Of a DNA stretch of 64,000 bases, positions 60,955-64,000 are shown in pieces. Under the pieces are notes generated by a model, which ran no database searches, had not been told where the DNA came from, and saw nothing but the letters and a program-made list of their open reading frames with translations. The stretch spans positions 289,188 through 353,187 of the forward strand of contig JBAXJX010000001.1 in the NCBI GenBank assembly GCA_037137655.1, in the 5' to 3' direction. Position numbers and translations under genes: made by a program. Source of the stretch: Candidatus Falkowbacteria bacterium (GTDB lineage: Bacteria; Patescibacteriota; Patescibacteriia; Patescibacteriales; UBA12465). The stretch's first letter is position 1. Each line of letters starts with the position of its first letter.

Positions 60955-62787
60955 ATGTCCAACTTATTTAAATTAAAATCAGATTTTTCTCCGGCCGGTG
61001 ATCAACCGACGGCGATTGCCAAACTGCTAAAGGGAATAGCGGCTGGTTTTGATTACCAAACTTTACTTGGTGTCACTGGATCAGGTAAAACTTTTACCAT
61101 TGCCAATATTATCAAAGAACTTGGTCAACCAGTTTTAGTTATGGCACCCAACAAAGCTTTGGCGGCGCAACTTTATCGTGAATACAAAAATTTCTTTCCT
61201 GATAATGCCGTGCATTATTTTGTGTCTTATTATGATTACTACCAACCCGAAGCTTATTTGCCGACAACTGATACTTATATTGAAAAAGAGGCGATGATCA
61301 ACCAAGAGATTGATCGTTTGCGTCATGCTGCCACCACCGCGTTAATGACTCGCCGAGATGTCATAATTGTGGCCTCGGTTTCCTGTATCTATAATTTGGG
61401 TGTGCCTTTAAATTACAGTGAGTCATCTATTCGTTTAGAAAAAGATAATCCGTTGGTGCGAGCCGATTTAATTTCGCAATTAATAAAAATTCAATTTGAG
61501 CGAACCGTGGGTGATGTGAAGCGCGGACAATTCCGGGTTCGTGGTGATGTTTTTGAAATTCGTCCAATGGCGGAAAATATTATTTATCGTTTAGAGTTAA
61601 AAGATCAAAGTATTGCCGACATTAGTGTGATTGATGAATTAACAAAAAATATCCTAGAGCATTTACCAGAAATTATAATCTTTCCACCAAAACATTTTAT
61701 TTCCACCCAACCGCAAGTTGAAGAAGCAATAAAAAATATTAAAGAGGAATTACAAGAACGCTTGAAATATTTTAATGATAATAAATTATTTTTAGAAGCG
61801 GAACGTTTAGAGCGCCGTACGCGTTATGATTTGGAAATGTTACGCACTCTTGGTTATTGTCATGGCATTGAAAATTATTCACGTCATTTATCCGGAAAAC
61901 TAGCCGGAGAAGCGCCGGATTCTTTATTGGCTTATTTTCCTTGGAAAGATGGCAAACCAGATTTTTTAACCGTCATGGATGAATCTCATATCGGCGTACC
62001 ACAGGTACGCGGCATGTATGCTGGTGATCGCGCCCGCAAAGAAACCTTAATCAAATATGGTTGGCGTTTGCCGTCCGCTCTGGATAATCGCCCGCTGCGT
62101 TTTGCGGAATTTGAAAAGAGAATTGGGCAAACAATCTTTACTACCGCCACTCCAGGAGAGTTTGAAATTAAACATTCTAAAGCAATTGCCGAACAAGTTA
62201 TTCGTCCAACCGGTTTAGTTGACCCAGAAATTGAAATTCGCCCAGTCTTTGATAAAGCAAAAAATTACAGTCAAATAAATGATGTCATGGCCGAAATCGA
62301 GAGATTGGCAGCGAAGAATGAACGCATTATCGTTAACACTTTAACTAAAAAACAAGCGGAAGATTTAAATAGTTTTTTAGGCGCTAAAGGTTTTAAGGCT
62401 AATTATTTACATTCCGATATTAAAACTTTAGAGCGCATGGATATTTTAAAAAAATTCCGTGAAGGTGAATTCGATACTTTGATCGGAGTTAATTTATTAC
62501 GTGAAGGTTTGGATTTACCCGAAGTAACGCTCGTGGCAATTTTAGATGCTGACCGTGAAGGTTTCTTGCGCAGTCAAACATCACTTATGCAAACCATGGG
62601 GCGGGCAGCGCGTAATGTTTCCGGTAAGATTATTTTGTATGCTGATAAAAAAACCGACTCAATGAAAAAAGCAATTGCTGAAGTTGATCGTCGTCGTACC
62701 AAACAACTAGCTTATAATAAAAAACATAACATAACTCCAGAAACTATTAAAAAAGTAATTGAGAATTTTTTGGATACTCCTAATTAA
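60955..62787 (+). CDS. uvrB: Excinuclease ABC subunit B (no C-terminal UVR domain)
   Basis: 610 aa. GDQPTAI, GVTGSGKTFT, YFVSYYDYYQPEAY, DESH, GRAARN. Ends shortly after helicase motif VI. Confidence 0.97.
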   Translation: MSNLFKLKSDFSPAGDQPTAIAKLLKGIAAGFDYQTLLGVTGSGKTFTIANIIKELGQPVLVMAPNKALAAQLYREYKNFFPDNAVHYFVSYYDYYQPEAYLPTTDTYIEKEAMINQEIDRLRHAATTALMTRRDVIIVASVSCIYNLGVPLNYSESSIRLEKDNPLVRADLISQLIKIQFERTVGDVKRGQFRVRGDVFEIRPMAENIIYRLELKDQSIADISVIDELTKNILEHLPEIIIFPPKHFISTQPQVEEAIKNIKEELQERLKYFNDNKLFLEAERLERRTRYDLEMLRTLGYCHGIENYSRHLSGKLAGEAPDSLLAYFPWKDGKPDFLTVMDESHIGVPQVRGMYAGDRARKETLIKYGWRLPSALDNRPLRFAEFEKRIGQTIFTTATPGEFEIKHSKAIAEQVIRPTGLVDPEIEIRPVFDKAKNYSQINDVMAEIERLAAKNERIIVNTLTKKQAEDLNSFLGAKGFKANYLHSDIKTLERMDILKKFREGEFDTLIGVNLLREGLDLPEVTLVAILDADREGFLRSQTSLMQTMGRAARNVSGKIILYADKKTDSMKKAIAEVDRRRTKQLAYNKKHNITPETIKKVIENFLDTPN

Positions 62788-62797
62788 TTATAAATAT

Positions 62798-64000
62798 ATG
62801 GAAGATAAAATAATTATCCGTGGTGCACGGATGCACAACTTAAAAAATATTAACCTGGAAATACCGCACACTAAATTAACGGTAATTACGGGTGTTTCCG
62901 GCTCGGGTAAATCCTCGTTAGCTTTTGATACTATTTTTGCTGAGGGTCAACGTCAATATGTGGAATCATTGTCACCTTACATTCGGCAATTCTTGGGGCA
63001 GAAAAAACCAGCTGATGTCGACCAGATTATTGGTTTGGCTCCAGCGATTTCCATCGACCAAAAAGCCTTATCACATAATCCGCGTTCGACTGTTGGAACT
63101 TTAACTGAGATTTACGACTACTTGCGTGTACTTTATGCCCGTCTCGGTGAAGTATATTGTCCAAAGTGTGGCACTAAGATTGAAAAATTATCACTTGAAG
63201 AAATGATCGATATTATTTTAACGCGCGCCAAAGATTTTGGCGCCCAGTATGTCGAAATTTTAGCACCGGTCGTCCGTGATCGTAAAGGTGAGTATTATCA
63301 ATTACTTTATGATTATTTATCACTCGGTTACAGTGAATCACGAGTGGATGGAAATCGACATTTTTTACGTGACCAAATTAAATTAGCCGCCACCAAAAAA
63401 CATAATATTGATATTGTGGTTGATAAAGTAATGCCCAGTGATGAAACACGTTTATTTGAGGCAGTGGAAAATTCTTTGGACTACGCGCAAGGTTTGGTGA
63501 TGGTGCGTTTAATTTCAACTACTAAAAATGAAGCCGGGGAAAGCGAAATAGAATTTCTATTATCATCAAATTGGACTTGTCCGAATGATGGCTTTGCTTT
63601 TCCAGAAATTGAACCGCGTTTATTTTCTTTTAACTCACCGCACGGCGCCTGTGAAGCTTGTTCTGGCCTAGGAAAGGTTGGATTCTTTGCCGAAGAGCCA
63701 TGTCCAAAATGTCTTGGTCAGCGTCTACGCGTTGAAGCCTTAAGCGTTAAAATTGGTGGCAAAGATATTGCCGCTGCTTGTCACTTAAGTATTGATAAGG
63801 CACATGATTTTTTCTTTCACTATTTTACTCATTTAAATAAACGCCAAGAATCGATTGCTTCCGCCGTGATGCAACAAATAATTGATCGCTTAGATTTTTT
63901 GAGTCGCGTCGGTTTAAATTATTTATCACTAGACCGGGAAGCAGAAACTCTTTCTGGTGGTGAAGCGCAGCGCATTCGTCTGTCGTCCCAAATTGGCTCA
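62798..64000 (+). CDS. uvrA: Excinuclease ABC subunit A (5' portion; runs off the window)
   Basis: ATG 62798. MEDKIIIRGARMHNLKNINLEIPHTKLTVITGVSGSGKSSLAFDTIFAEGQRQYVESLS..., zinc-finger Cys pairs, LSGGEAQRIRL at the window edge. Open frame of 401 codons with no stop. Confidence 0.95.
   Translation, partial: MEDKIIIRGARMHNLKNINLEIPHTKLTVITGVSGSGKSSLAFDTIFAEGQRQYVESLSPYIRQFLGQKKPADVDQIIGLAPAISIDQKALSHNPRSTVGTLTEIYDYLRVLYARLGEVYCPKCGTKIEKLSLEEMIDIILTRAKDFGAQYVEILAPVVRDRKGEYYQLLYDYLSLGYSESRVDGNRHFLRDQIKLAATKKHNIDIVVDKVMPSDETRLFEAVENSLDYAQGLVMVRLISTTKNEAGESEIEFLLSSNWTCPNDGFAFPEIEPRLFSFNSPHGACEACSGLGKVGFFAEEPCPKCLGQRLRVEALSVKIGGKDIAAACHLSIDKAHDFFFHYFTHLNKRQESIASAVMQQIIDRLDFLSRVGLNYLSLDREAETLSGGEAQRIRLSSQIGS

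Overview
AT-rich, gene-dense window with about 70 protein genes, 66 of them on the plus strand. It also holds one tRNA-Gln(CUG), one T-box leader, and many near-consensus sigma70-type promoters and rho-independent terminators. No rRNA, CRISPR array, integrase, transposase or prophage genes were seen. The content reads as a core chromosomal segment of a reduced-genome bacterium. By inference it fits Patescibacteria/CPR (Parcubacteria-like): weak or absent Shine-Dalgarno sites, trimmed housekeeping proteins, a VirD4/TraD-like ATPase with a conserved small partner, and many small secreted or lipoprotein genes. Housekeeping genes are rpmA, dnaX, serS, typA, greA, lysS, tyrS, thrS (T-box controlled), rarA, rlmH, uvrB and uvrA (3' partial). 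There are also RNA and small-molecule methyltransferases and an ABC-F factor. Envelope and accessory content includes a Wzz-like protein and a Wzx/GT4/GT2/Wzy-like polysaccharide operon. It also includes three tandem secreted or lipoprotein genes (two with FISUMP domains) and an ECF-sigma plus MacAB-like efflux operon. A flavin module is present (FMN-binding protein, ApbE, NqrB/RnfD-like::FNR fusion). Signals not explained by ordinary annotation, in rough priority order: (1) Two inverted copies of a ~350-bp nested-hairpin intergenic element at 11.8 kb and 50.9 kb, with a hairpin-preserving double substitution. (2) A textbook four-region transcription attenuator with a leaderless, Asn-rich 30-codon leader ORF upstream of an orphan minus-strand gene (45.25-45.49 kb). 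(3) The minimal flavinylation/electron-transfer module, whose ApbE has no signal peptide. (4) A recombined terminus/intergenic/signal-peptide cassette shared by tandem surface-protein genes. (5) A strongly expressed beta-barrel-like secreted protein. (6) A Cys-Cys heptad-repeat membrane protein with a palindromic operator. (7) Recurrent leaderless gene starts (TATAAT, 6-8 nt, ATG). All homology calls rest on motif recognition by eye; no database search was run.
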